A stretch of DNA of 64,000 nt, from contig NC_043003.1 in the NCBI RefSeq assembly GCF_006345805.1, positions 102,548,001 through 102,612,000 on the forward strand, in the 5' to 3' direction. Source of the stretch: Octopus sinensis (lineage: Eukaryota). This document shows, in pieces, positions 37,798 through 50,705 of the stretch. Positions within the stretch are counted from its first letter, which is position 1; every line of letters begins with the position of its first letter. The notes below the pieces were generated by a model, which saw only the letters and a program-made list of their open reading frames with translations, was not told the origin of the DNA and made no database searches. The translations under genes and the position numbers were made by a program.

Positions 37798-38029
37798 TTT
37801 CTTTATTACCCACAAGGGGCTAAACACAGAGGAGACAAACAAGGACAGACAATGGGATTAAGTCGATAACATCAACCCCAGTGTGTAACTGGTACTTATT
37901 TAATCGACCCTGAAAGGATGAAAGGCAAAGTTGACCTCGGCGGAATTTGAACTCAGAACGTAACAGCAGATGAAATACCGCTAAGCATTTCACCCAGCGT
38001 GCTAACGTTTCTGCCAGCTCGACGCCCTT
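37798..38029 (-). mobile_element. Nin-type SINE, well preserved
   Basis: GACCCTGAAAGGATGAAAGGCAAAGTTGACCTCGGCGGAATTTGAACTCAGAAC. Confidence 0.85.
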
Positions 38030-38033
38030 AAAT

Positions 38034-38083
<50 letters not shown>

Positions 38084-38391
38084 ATGTGCTGGTTTTTTTT
38101 AAGAAGAAAGGAAGAAAAGAGAAAGAAACTCCCATTACTGATGAGTTGTAAATTTAAAATCGCATACGTAAATAAATGGAATGGAACTTGTTTTGTCTTT
38201 TGAGATGTTAGTACAAGAGGCAAAGAGAGAATGATTTATACAGAATAGTTTCATAAAGAGAAGAATGAAATAGGCAGGACAAGTAGAGACAGAAAATCAC
38301 TGAAGGGGTCACAATATGCATGGCAAAATAACTTTGATAAATAAACTGATAATAATAATAATGATAATAATAATAATAATCATAATAATAA

Positions 38392-39267
38392 AATTACAGA
38401 CCAATAACCTGTCTCCCTACAATTCACAAAGCCTTTACTGCAATATTATCGCAGAGATCGAGCAAGCATCTGGAAGAAAACAACCTGTTTCCAGAAGAGC
38501 AGAAGGGATGCTGCAAGGGCTCATATGGCTGTAAAGATCAACTAATGATCAATAAAGCCATAACTGAAGACAACTGCAGAAAGAAGAAAGGCCTAAGTAT
38601 AACTTGGATCGACTACCAAAAGGCTTTTAATAGCATCCCCCACAGATGGATCCTAGAAACACTAGCCATAAACAAGGTAGCACCAATAATCATAACATAT
38701 ATAACACATTCCATAAATAAATGGCCAAGAGTGCTACAGCTCCAGACAAAAGAGGGACTCATAAAAACCAAAGCCATCTCCATTAGAAGAGGAATATTCC
38801 AGGGAGAAATGTTACGGCAAAACAATCAGCCACCTCTTATATATGGATGACCTAAAACTGTACGCTACAAATGGTAAACAGCTGGAAACACTACTACTGA
38901 CAGTACATGGATTTACCAAAGAAATAAATATGAAATTTGGCTTAGAAAAATGTGCCAAAGCAACCTTGGAAAGAGCAAAACTAGTTAAGAGTAGCAACAT
39001 CACACTAGATAAAGCCAATGAAATAAGAGAATTAGACCAAAGCCAGACATACAAATATTTAGGAATCAATGAACTAGATATGATACAACACACACAAATG
39101 AAGGAGAAAATAAAGAATACTACAGATGAGTTAGATCAATACTGAAAATAGAGCTCAATGCTAAAAACAAGACAATAGGTATCAATACTCTAGCCATCTC
39201 AGTTATAAGTTACAGCTACAATATCCTTAACTGGACACTAAACGAACTAACCAAAATAGACAGGAAA
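38392..39267 (+). pseudogene. R4/Dong-clade LINE reverse transcriptase fragment
   Basis: NYRPITCLPT..EEQKGC..GCKDQL..WIDYQKAFNSIPH.W..RRGIFQG / HLLYMDDLKLY..MKFGLEKC..YKYLGI; frameshifts and an internal deletion after FQG. Confidence 0.9.
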
Positions 39268-40280
39268 TTGTATGTGTCTTCATTTGCACATGCGTATACC
39301 TCCATGTGTGTTTACGTTTAGTTAGTGTGTGTGAGTTAAAATATTTGACCTCAAATATCCATCAGTTTAGATTGAGGTTAACTCCAATGAAACAGACCTA
39401 TGATTAAAGGCTTTTCAGATATAACTATACCTAACTTTTTTTTTCAAATACAGTGTACCTAGGATTGCATAACTGTGTTATTCTATTTCTAAGATGTTAG
39501 GGAATAATTCAAGGACAATTTTGGTTGCTATCCTAAAAGAAGCACGTTAAGAAAGCAAAAACCCAAAGAAAAGTTTGAGAAGACTAAGAAGATTATGAAG
39601 AAGAAAAAATAGAGAAAAAAACCTATAAAGAGAAAAAAGTTTTTAAAAATCTACAACTAAAACAATATTAAAAACTAATCTGCATACTGCCTTAGCTGCT
39701 AGACTATCCACCCACTCTGAAAAAATATCCATAAGCAGAAGATATATAGTAATATTTAGTAATTATAGATAACATTATTTGTAATAACTACCTATAATCT
39801 TCAAGGAAGTTCCATTTTCTGTTCTGCTCTTACTAAGTATTTCTGATTGCTATCTCACTATATTTTGGTTCCAACACTGAAGTCCAAGCAGACTGGTCGT
39901 ATTTCTTACGATGGTGCAAACACTATTGCTTCATCTTCTCTCATATTATTTATCCTTTGTGTCTGCTACTGATTATTGCCGAGGGAGTTTTCTTAATATG
40001 ATGTTGGCCTAACAGCATTGTAGAAATCAAAGATAGATTGTGATGCACCAAGTACAAACTACAATAAATTAAATATAAACCATAATAAGCCAAAGAAAGG
40101 CCACTCATGTGTCAAAGATAGACACCCTTTCTTTTTACCTTGCTTGAAAACCTATTTGACAAATCTGAAGCTTTAACAATCTCAACATAATAGAAACTGT
40201 TATAAATGGTGGTTTTGTTGGTCAGTTTCTTGGGTCACACTTTTACATTTGTGGAGAGAAAGAGTAAATATAAGAGGAGC

Positions 40281-40335
<55 letters not shown>

Positions 40336-41090
40336 ATTAATATAAGAGGTGCCAAATGGAAACACCTAACTAGACATGGTGGTATGCATGAGTAAAAGAA
40401 TACTCTCCATATGTACAATGTGAGAGAGGAAGAATCATAGTGATAGGCGAGGAGAAATAAAGGGGATTAAATGACTAAATATTTATAGGAGGAGTTATAC
40501 AAATGAAAAATTTGTATAAATTATATTTTAAGCTTATAAATACTTTATTTTGAAAATCAAGTATTCATTCCATCATTTTGTATAAACTACAAGAAATATG
40601 ATAAAAGTTAAATTATAAGGGTAACACCCTAATATTACTGATAATGATCATGAATATGTTTAATGATGACTGTTTCACTTTTAAGATCATTATCACATAC
40701 TTAAAAAAAAATGATAAAAATATGTGCTTGAAATAAATGAATATATCTAAATATGATGTTCCAGGATATAATATGTGACGTAAGTATGAAACTAGAGATT
40801 AAATGTTGCAGACGAGATATTAGAAATGATGTTTTTCATTATAATCATTATGTTTGTAATAGTAACCTTTACTTTTTCATGTTTGCATGGGTCAAATGAA
40901 GTCTATTGAAATAGATTTTTATCTGGTTGAATGCTCTTCCTGTCACCAGCCTTCTGTTTCCAAGTGAAGTAATGTTTTCCCATGATCAGACATGTTTTCA
41001 GAGAATACTGGGAAGGAATGACACTGCTTGTATGACAGTGACATTCATTTACAACTACCATGTTATGTCAAGACAACATGACACATACAT

Positions 41091-41139
<49 letters not shown>

Positions 41140-41351
41140 TACATCATACACACACACAAGTATAAATTAACCTCTCTAAATATTGTTCTTTAGTTCCTGA
41201 AGAACTGCTGATGAAGAAAAATATATTGTATTGAATTAATTGTTTAGGAATTAAATGTTTATTTATTCTCAAATTTATTTTTAAGTTCTTTATTTGAAGT
41301 GGCCAGACATAACTTCTTTGAACTTACCAAACAACACTTGAATATATATAT

Positions 41352-41815
41352 CATCATCATCATCATCGTTTAACATCCGCTTTCCATGCTAGCATGGGTT
41401 GGATGGTTCAACTGGGGTCTGGGAAGCCAGGAGGCTGCACCAGGCTCTAGTCTGATCTGGCAGTGTTTCTACAGCTGGATGCCCTTCCTAACGCCAACCA
41501 CTCCATGAGTGTAGTGGGTGCTTTTTACATGCCACTGGCACAGGTGCCAAGTGAGGCTGGCAATGGCCATGATCGGTTGGTGCTTTTTTACGTGCCACCA
41601 GCATGGAGGCCAGTTAAGGTGGCACTGGCAATGGCCACATTCAGATGGTTCTTTTACATGCCACCAGCACTGGTATCACAACTACAATTTCCATTGATTT
41701 TTGATCGATTTCGATTTCACTTGCCTCAACAGGTCTTTGCAAGCAGAGTTTTGTGTCCCAAGAAGGAAAGGTATGCATAAGTGGACTGGCTACATCCCAG
41801 GTAAAGGCCACAGGT
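41352..41815 (-). mobile_element. RTE LINE 3' UTR
   Basis: Reverse-complement match to 5806-6292 and 48606-48962. Confidence 0.85.
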
Positions 41816-42444
41816 TGACAAACTTCATTTAGTTTCTAACAACCAAATTATTTACAAGGTGTGGTCAACTGGAGCTATGGTAGAAGACACTTACCAAAGA
41901 TGACATGCAGTGCCACTAAACCTAAAACCATATGTTTGGGAAGCAAACTTCTTAACCACACAACCACACTTATACCTATCCACACAACCACATTGTCTAT
42001 TCATGCTTATTAATATTTTAAATAAAAGGGAATTATTTTCTCTGTGTCAGGCAGTGGATCAGGATCTCAAAGAATTTACTACCATTCCATGATACATAAA
42101 AAAAACATATCACAGCTAAATAAATGTCCTGTCAAAAAATACCAAAACAAAATACTCTTTTGGACAAATATCTCAAGTGTCATGAAAAAAAACCCACCTA
42201 TGCGCTCTGTAAAGTGGTTGGCATTAAGAAGGGTATGCAGCTGTTGAAACCATGCTAAAACAGGTAATGAGGTCTGACACCATTTTCTGGCTCGTTGGAT
42301 CCTGTTGAACTGCCCAATTCACACTAGCATAGAAGACAGACGGTGAATAATTTTATTGTTGTTGATGATGGTGATGAACAAATCAGAAAATTCAGATCAT
42401 AACATAGATTATTAAAGGTAGTCTTTTTAATGCTGGCCATTATT

Positions 42445-42665
42445 AAGGCAGTAAGTAAGCTGGAAGAATCGTTAGCATGCCAGACAAAATGCTTAGCAGC
42501 ATTTCATCTGCCTTTATGTTCTGAGTTCAAATTACACTGAGGTCAACTTTAGCTTTCATCCTTTTGAGGTCAATAAAATAAGTACAAGTTGAGCACTGGG
42601 GTCAATGTAATTGACCTACCCCTCCCTCCAAATTGCTGGCCTTGTGCCAAAACGTGAAACCAATA
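42445..42665 (+). mobile_element. Nin-type SINE
   Basis: GAATCGTTAGCATGCCAGAC..CTGAGTTCAAATT..GAGGTCAACTTTAGCTTTCATCC. Confidence 0.8.
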
Positions 42666-43226
42666 CTGGCTGTTGTTACCAACACAAAGCACTCAACTGT
42701 GAAACAGAAAAATTACCAACTAAATGTTACATGTGGACCAGAGTTAGAATTTCTGATCTTTGAGACATTTGACCTACATAGCAATCATTCATCCAGATCC
42801 TATAACTCACTCTAAACCGTATATGCTTTCTTAGACTATCAAAGAACAACTAAAGTTCAAAATGAAGCATTAAAAAACTTAACCTCCACTTATTCATTCA
42901 TAATCTACCAGAGAAGGAAGTTGTAAGAATGCTAAACGAGCATTATTACTCTTCTTTTTCTTTCACCATCTCTCTCACCTCAGACATATCTTCTTTACCT
43001 TTTCTATCTTTTGCATTGTTTAGCCACCGAACTGAAGGGTTTCGTCAAAAACCCTTTGATGTACTTGCACTTATTCTGTCAGTCTGTTTTGCCTAACTGC
43101 TAAGTTATAGGGAGGTAAACAAACATGTCAAGCAGTGGAGAGGGGGGGGGGCAAACAAAGATACACACACATATGTTTATGTATATATGTGTGTGTGTGT
43201 ATGTATACATACATATATATATATAT

Positions 43227-43346
43227 AAAATATGAATTAGAGATAAAACCACTATTATGCAACTCAAACAGTGATAGACATAAACCAATACATAAATAAC
43301 AAATAATATAAATATAATTAATATAATATATAATATATATACATAT

Positions 43347-43395
<49 letters not shown>

Positions 43396-43548
43396 TATAT
43401 ATATAATATATATTATGTCTATCACTGTTTGGGTTGCATAATAGTGGTTTTATCTCTAATTCATATTTTCTATTTTATATATTTATACTGTGAAATTTGA
43501 TTCAATACTAAATTGAATTTTTCCCTGTTAGTTTGGAGTTATACTCCC

Positions 43549-43555
<7 letters not shown>
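43227..43555. repeat. 57-bp inverted repeat around a (TA)n tract, plus AT-rich interspersed repeat
   Basis: 43227-43283 versus 43413-43469 (1 mismatch); 43470-43555 is the reverse complement of a block near 24870-24965. Confidence 0.85.
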
Positions 43556-43593
<38 letters not shown>

Positions 43594-44519
43594 TACATAC
43601 ATACACACACACATGCACACAATCTGTCTCACAGAGATTCTGTCAATCTGTCAACTAAATTCACTCACAAGGTATGGGTTAGCTTGGCTACCCAAGTAGG
43701 ACTGAACTCAAAACCACCGCATTGCAAAGCAAATTTCTTAACCACACAGCCATGCCTGTACCTACATATAAACTATAAAACTTTAAAACCTTTTCCTGTG
43801 AAATGATGTATGAGATTATGTCACATGTACAACTTTGATAATGTATCGCCACCACTGCTACTACCTCCACCAATACCACTCCTACTACTATCACAAACAC
43901 CCCCACTATACAATTCTTCAAGAATTTTTCGTGATTCTGGTTTGTTTCCATTGTAGTTTTGAAGTTATTGGATGTATCCTGCAGATGAATGCTGAAGTAG
44001 GTTTACTTCTTCATCAATTTAATGCTACACAAACCAAATACAAGCAACCCTCATTATGACTCAGCATTTAATATGTTTCATAATCTAAAATTGGAATACA
44101 GTGAACAGTGTGTGCTCCACATCAAAAAGAAAAAAAAATAGAAGAACATTGATATTTCTTTGCTATACTGTTAAGCCTAAGATTCCAAAGAATGTTTTTC
44201 TGTGAAAGGAATAAAATGCCACTAGTAATGCTATCATTAATTTACTGTGCCTTACTCCAGACTGGTTTCATATGGATGAGCCTGTCATACATTTTAACTC
44301 TTCTGTTACAATATACTGTTGAAATACACTGGCTTTGTTTCAGTTAATTTTGAAAATAATGAAGAATTCAAAGAAACAGCCTTGACATTTCTATGCTGGT
44401 GTTTGGAACGTGACACATTTTGATGGAAGTTTTAATTTGAAAGTTTGGATCAAACAACCAAGTGCAAGCTCAGATGGGTGGATATGAAAAGAATAAGTTC
44501 TTGATTCTGAGTTAGTTTC

Positions 44520-44745
44520 TACTAAGACATACAGATTAGTCTGCCACCCGGAACTGGAAGCATCCAAATTAGTCTTGTGGAACCCACTTCAGGTGATGTA
44601 AAAAGTGGAAAATGTCATTGCACTTATATCGGTCAACCTGATTTCAGACACTGGCCCGGAATGTATCCAGGACCTTAAGGTAGTGATGTTGGACCGAGAA
44701 GTGTGGTGGGTGAACATTGTAGTGCCTGTTGCCCAGGTTGGAACC
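44520..44745 (+). pseudogene. RTE-X-like LINE C-terminal fragment
   Basis: Across two frameshifts: CHPELEASKLVLW / EPTSGDVKSGKCHCTYIGQ / LISDTGPECIQDLKVVMLDREVW, matching the RTE-X end HPE..SKL.LWEP..G....GR...TY.DQL..DTG....L...M.DR..W. Confidence 0.7.
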
Positions 44746-44794
44746 CAGACACAGTAAATAATAATTCTATAAGAGATAAAATTCTAAGAACTAC

Positions 44795-45020
44795 CTTCTG
44801 TATATGGTCAGTTGCCATGATAGATCGTTAGCCACTACACACATTTTTTTATCTCCTTGTTTCTCTCCTTGTTTTTTCTGTGCCCCTTTCTGTAGAAGAG
44901 AATAGGCTCGAAATGTAAAAGACTTTTTCTATTCCTGAGCGTTATACTAATACATCTGTTTGTTGTGTACACCACCTGTCTTCGTCTTTTGTTTTTTCGT
45001 AAACTCCCTCCTGTATATTT
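44795..45020 (+). mobile_element. Family B element with minimal hammerhead-like motif (CUGUNGA variant)
   Basis: 44886-44921: CTTT-CTGTAGA-A-GAG-AATAGG-CTC-GAAAT-GTA-AAAG; shares downstream TTCCTGAGCGT with family A. Confidence 0.6.
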
Positions 45021-45923
45021 ATCTCCATAGAAAGAGAGAAAGAAAGGTAGGGAAGAGAGAGGGGAGAGGGGAACAATAGGCAAACTACTCACCAAAATGG
45101 CCTTTATGGGAAAAAAAAATCTACTCATAAACACATCTCTTTAACTATAATGAAAATGCAGACTAAAATCTTGTAAAACGTTTGATTAAATATGCACATA
45201 CACTTATAAAACCACATATATATACATAGAAAATAGGAGCAAGAATGTATTTGTTAAAAGGTAAACACAGTAACACACTTCCTCTCTTGTTCTTGTCTCC
45301 TCTCTCCCTCTCCTACTTTCTCCCTCTCTCTCTTCTTTATTGTCTTGCTCTTTCCCTATCTCTCTCTCTTCTTCCCCTTCTCTCTTCCTCTGTTTCTCTC
45401 CCTCTTTCTCCTCCCTTCTTTTCTTTTCTCCTCTCTCCTATCTCAATCTCTCTTCTTTCTCTTCCCATTCCTCTCTCACCTCTCTCTTTTCCTCCATCTC
45501 TCTCTACCCTCCGTTTCTCTCTCTCTCTCTCTTTCTCTCTCCCCCTCTCTCTTCCTTTCTTTGTTTCTGCAACGAAAATCAAATGTAATGAAGCAGAGAA
45601 AAGTGGAAATTCCTTTATTGTCATGACAGAAATCTATCTATAAGGTGATAATCTGAAAATAAGCTAATCTCTCTGTATTTCTGTTGTAATCAATAATTAG
45701 CTATTGTCAGCTCATAGAGGTAAATCTGTGCCCATCACACACACACACACACACTCTCTCTCTCTCTCACTCTCACTCTCTCTTTGCAACACTGAAGCAC
45801 ACACAGTCATTAGCTTTCTGTGCTATTAAATTCAGGAGGTTTAACAGAGATGTGTTGGGCAGGTAACAGGCAAGTTGGTAGAAGCCGTTAGCGATACTCT
45901 GACAATGAGTGCTGCTGCTGCTG

Positions 45924-46278
45924 TTACTGTTGAGCGAACGGTCTTCGTCCCAGAGCTCGCAAGATGGGAGAAGTCCAAAACGTGGTCCTTTGCTATTCGT
46001 AAGACCCGCAGAAGAGAGAGCAAGTCAAGCTCCGACACCGAAAGCATCGACGGATGGATGAATCCACATCCAGGCTCAGCGGTTGCGTAGGAAGTCGGGG
46101 ACAAGAAACAGGAAGAAAGAGTGAGAGAAAGTTGGAGTGAAAGAGTACAACAGGGGCCGCCACCACCCCCTGCTGGAGCCTGGTGGAGCTTTAGGTGTTT
46201 TCGCTCAATAAACACACACAACGCCCGGTCTGGGAATCGAAACCGCGATCCTCCGACTGCGAGTCCATTGCCCTGACC
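45924..46278 (-). mobile_element. tRNA-derived SINE (OR-like head), tail type 3
   Basis: Reverse-complement homolog of 63508-63879; flanked by (GCT)n on both sides. Confidence 0.85.
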
Positions 46279-46605
46279 ATTGGGCCATTGCGCCTCCACT
46301 ACCGCTGCTGCTGCTGATGATGATGATGGCGATCATCATCATGAAGATGGTGATAATGATGAGGATGATGGCAATAAGTAACTACAATCAACAATTTTCG
46401 TGCAAACCAATGTTAATTTACCAAAGATGTTGGCAACAGACAATATTTTGTTTTGTTTTGTTTTGTTTTTTCCAGAGCTCTAGACTAGATATGTTAGGTT
46501 TTTGTCTGGTTTGGTCTGGTCTGCATAATTTGTCATCATAGTTAATTCTATGGCTGGAAGAGATGTTTAAGAATAGCGTGGTGACAAACTTTTTTTTGAA
46601 TGCAG

Positions 46606-46746
46606 CCATGTGGCTGTTCTTAAGGAACTAGGATCACAACCTGGTTTTGTACAGCAAGATTTGACAAGCAACTGTGATTATTTGTACAATGGCATTCCAA
46701 ATCATGACTATATACCATTTGTGGATGAATTGAGATTTGTCTCTGA
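46606..46746 (+). CDS. Weak candidate exon (phase 2 to 2)
   Basis: T-run + GAATGCAG acceptor; reads HVAVLKELGSQPGFVQQDLTSNCDYLYNGIPNHDYIPFVDELRFVS; donor GA|GTAGAT is poor. Confidence 0.25.
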
Positions 46747-47559
46747 GTAGATGTTGAAGAAAATAGATAGCAGCAGAGATAGTTTTGGAACTGACGCTAA
46801 TTGGGAAACGAAGTCTTTGAGAAGTTTAAATTTTAACTGTTTCAATTTTAAATTTTATTTGTTTCAAATATATTTGAAAATATGAAAAATTTAGGAAAAC
46901 AACTTTTTCCTTACAAACAGCTGGTGTTTGGAACACAGATCAGCATAAAAATTCTGATAGAAAGTTTTAATTCAACTCACTTTAAAACAATGAACCTTAT
47001 GAAGGAGATGATAAAGGACCAAAATATGTAGTGCATTGCTGCACTTGAGAAGACAACAGAATTGAGCTCCTAAAACCACGATTCCACATAAAAAGCACTC
47101 AGTACCCTCATGTAGAAACCATGCCCAAAACAGACTATGGAATTTAGTGCAACCCCTGGCCTTTCCAGTTCCTGTTCAGCCATTCAGTACATGTTCGCAT
47201 GGAAGACAGACAGTAAATGTTGATGAGGATGATGATGATTTTGTGCAATAGAACCAATGGTGGTCTCAAGTGGGTTACTATCAAAAGGGTCAGAGAATAC
47301 AGTATCCCATCACACCTTAGGGGTTAAACAATGGAGGCATTATTAGCATTTAGTTATTTTGTCCAGAGATATATGGAGTAATTTCTTATAAGTAGAAATT
47401 AATACAGGTGAAAATTAAAACTAATGGCATTTATGGTTTAATCTGTAGAGATTTTCTTTTTCCTCTTCCTAAATCCATTTTAATAGAATCCGAAAAAAAA
47501 AAGTTAGAGAAAAATGTAACAATGAAATCATCATGCTTGTTTTGACTCTGATTTTTTCA

Positions 47560-47771
47560 GGTTTGTTTGAATCAGATGCAATTCATTGTGGTAGATTAGA
47601 TTTTCTATGGAAAGATGCCCTTGCTGTTGCTAACATTCAACTGTTTCTAAGCAAGGTGATATTTCCTCATGGCCAAACCGGTTTCACAGAATATGGAAAT
47701 TGAATAACACTGCTTGTATAACAGTGAGACTCGTTTACAAAAACTTTGCAATGTCAAAACAGGGATACACA

Positions 47772-47812
<41 letters not shown>

Positions 47813-47975
47813 ATGGGCTTTTTTCAGTTTCTTTCTACCAAATCTACTCAAAAGGCTTTGGTTGACCCTGACCTATTGTAAGACACTTACCCAGGATGCC
47901 ACTCAGCAGGATTAAATTTGAAAATTTGAAACTATGTGGCTGAAACTTCTTAACTACACAATCATGTCTGCACCC
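47560..47975 (-). mobile_element. CORE-type SINE with RTE-like tail
   Basis: Reverse-complement homolog of 17178-17612 with (CA)n. Confidence 0.65.
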
Positions 47976-48605
47976 TGTCTTAAATAGCTGAAAACAGCTT
48001 ACATCTTAAACACACACACACACACTTCACCGTCATCTAGCTGATATCAAGAAGAGGTCAACAAACCTCTTCAGATATTCAGGTAAATATTGAACAGCTG
48101 CATAATTACTTAATCAGTGCATAGTAATACAAAAAAAAAAGAAGAAAAACTAAAAGCACAGTTAAAATTGTTAAAGTACATTAATCTCATTCTATTTAAC
48201 ATATGTCATTCTGTTCTTACAGGACACACATATAAAATAACACTTCTTAGACTTGGTGCTAGTCACCAAAATAAGAAGACAAAAGTGTAAAAATTAAGTA
48301 GGTGTGACATCTCATTCGCCACAGAAAGTTCCCTTCATTGTCTAAATATCTTACACCATCATCATCATTTCTCTAATATATGAAACTCTCAGAGAACACT
48401 CAGTGTCAGCTGATCAAGCTAATCAAGAATGCCACCGTTCTAGGATTAAATGCTAATATCATAATCTCAAGCTGTACTGAAAAACTGTTATAATGTAATG
48501 CCATTTGAATTTCATGGATTATTTATGGTGGACCATTTAGTGCACTGTAGTATCACCAAGAAGATAGTTAACATCTCTTTGGGTATTTAATTTTTTCTTA
48601 TATAA

Positions 48606-48962
48606 AATCGGAATCAAAATCGTTCAAAAATCAATGGAAATTGTAGTTGTGATACCAGTGCCAGTGGCACGTAAAAGAACCATCTGAACGTGACTGTTGC
48701 CAGCACTGCCCCGACTGGCCTCCATACTGGTGGCATATAAAAAGCACCAACCAATCATGGCTGTTACCAGCTTCACCTGGCACGTAAAAAGCACCCACCA
48801 CTCTCATGGAGTGGTTGGCTTTAGGAAGGGCATCCAGCTGTAGAAACACTGCCAGAATAGACTGGGCCTGGTGCAGCCTCCTGGCTTCCCAGATCCCAGT
48901 CGAACCGTCCAACCCTGCTAGCATGGAAAGCAGACGTTAAACAATGATGATGATGATGATGA
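48606..48962 (+). mobile_element. RTE LINE 3' UTR
   Basis: ATCAATGGAAATTGTAGTTGTGATACCAG...GACGTTAAACA(ATG)n. Confidence 0.85.
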
Positions 48963-49097
48963 ACCATTATGTCTGCTTCTGTTTTAGGCATGTTTCAAAG
49001 TATTACATATATATATATATATTCAAAATACTCTATCTTTTTTTTTACCCTTTTCCTTGTTTCATTGTCATACTTTGATTAATAGGTTTATCTTAAA

Positions 49098-49434
49098 TGG
49101 TTTATCTGGTATTTGTTGGGAGGTAATCATCTAGGGATCGTTTGAATGCCGTGAAGTCCCTTTCCCCCTTTATGTGTGTCTGGCACGATGTCGAAGAGAG
49201 CAGGGCCAATTGAGGTGAAATAGTTCTGTCATAGTGTTGTGATATGACATGAACATTTCTGTAGTGGACGGAAGGCACGGGGGCCAAGCCTCAAATGAAT
49301 TTTAAAGACGGGCAATGTTGATCGAATATTTTCCACATCATACAGAAGATACAGAGCTCACAGCAGCGGTGAAGGGAGCAAAGCCTGAGCTTTTTGAGTC
49401 GATCCCAATAGTCAAGGCTTGTCATGTCATCCTC
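49098..49434 (-). pseudogene. CR1-group LINE ORF2 C-terminal fragment
   Basis: MTSLDYWDRLKKLRLCSLHRCCE..MMWKI / NYFTSIGPALFDIVP / FKRSLDDYL / QIPDKP: typical invertebrate CR1 end; frameshifted. Confidence 0.8.
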
Positions 49435-49821
49435 CGCAGACCTCCGCCAAGCACCTCATTTTAAGATAGATACGTGAGTAAAATTACTAATAGAGAAACG
49501 AAAATAAACTTTAGAATCAGCAACACCACCATAGGTTACGTGGAAACGATGAACGCGTTTTCAAGGGAGATAATCAAAGAACATAACTTTGTAGTACTTC
49601 ATGTAAAGTAGATATAACAAATGAAAAATCCTTCAAGAATCCTTAAAAATTCCCGAATCACTACCAAAATTTCATCATCTGTTCCTTGTGTCATTACCAA
49701 CTTTTCCTGCAAGTTTCATCAAATACCGTTAACAACGTTTTGAGTTTTTTGCACACAGACGGACAGACGGACAAATCAACGCCATTGGAAGCATAACCTC
49801 TTTCCTTGGCGGAGATAATAA
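49435..49821 (-). mobile_element. Helentron-associated non-autonomous element (HINE/DINE-1-like)
   Basis: Minus strand begins TTATTATCTCCGCCAAGGAAAGAGGTTATG, then GTCCGTCTGTCCGTCTGT microsatellite; subterminal inverted repeat CTCCGCCAAG (49442-49451) / CTTGGCGGAG (49805-49814); ends CTTGGCGGAGGTCTGCG. Confidence 0.65.
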
Positions 49822-50479
49822 ATTAAGTACAGACGTCAATGTAAATTGATTATTCACCAGAGGGCAGTCTCATCTTCCTGTATGGCCACAGCTCGATGAC
49901 TGTGACCAATAAAAGAATAAAAGAAAATGTTTATGATGAGTTGTACACACACACACCACACACACACACTCCCCTTTCTCTCCCCCTTCTCTCTCTCACA
50001 CACATACACACACACACAAAGAAGTCTAGTTCTATTTTTGTATCACTTTGATATATATTTTTATTGAAATGATGTGAACTTGCGAATTCATCTCGTTGAG
50101 TGGATCCGACAGTGGAAGCTGCTTGCAATATAATAAACAGAGAAAGAAACGAGAAGTCGTGACTATACCAGATACGAGATGGAGTGGAGGAGTGACTATA
50201 CACAATGCTGATAAACAACTCATCCCAGCAACAACACACAACAGTGATGGTGGTGATGATGATGATGAATGATAGCGATCATGACCATAGTGATGAGATG
50301 ATGGAAATGATGGTAATGGTAGAAATATATATGTTAATTATACATGATATTTATATACTATGTGTGTAGTGAGTGTATATGTGAGTGTAGTAAATGTAAG
50401 TTTTTACTGTGGATTACATGCAACTTATCTGTGTTCATTAACCTAAAAATTTAAATCCTTTATTTATCTCCTCCCTTTT

Positions 50480-50705
50480 TTTTTAGAATAAATGATGGTG
50501 ACAATGATGATGATGATGGTGATGATGATGATGACAACAATGATAATGAGGACAATGATGATGACAATGATGATGATGACAATGATGATAATGTTAATGA
50601 TGCTGATGACAGCATTGGCGCCACCAATGATGACAGTGACGATGATGATGATGATGATGATAGCAACAATGACAATGATGATGATGAGAAAAATGGTGAT
50701 GCTAC
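50480..50705. repeat. Degenerate (GAT/GAC/AAT)n trinucleotide tract
   Basis: Direct reading; similar tracts near 22990, 50245, 56630 and 59750. Confidence 0.8.

Noticed and set aside
44497-44682. KCHCTYIGQ as a GIY-YIG nuclease motif
   Set aside because: Frameshifted context matches the RTE-X C-terminus (TYIDQ) instead
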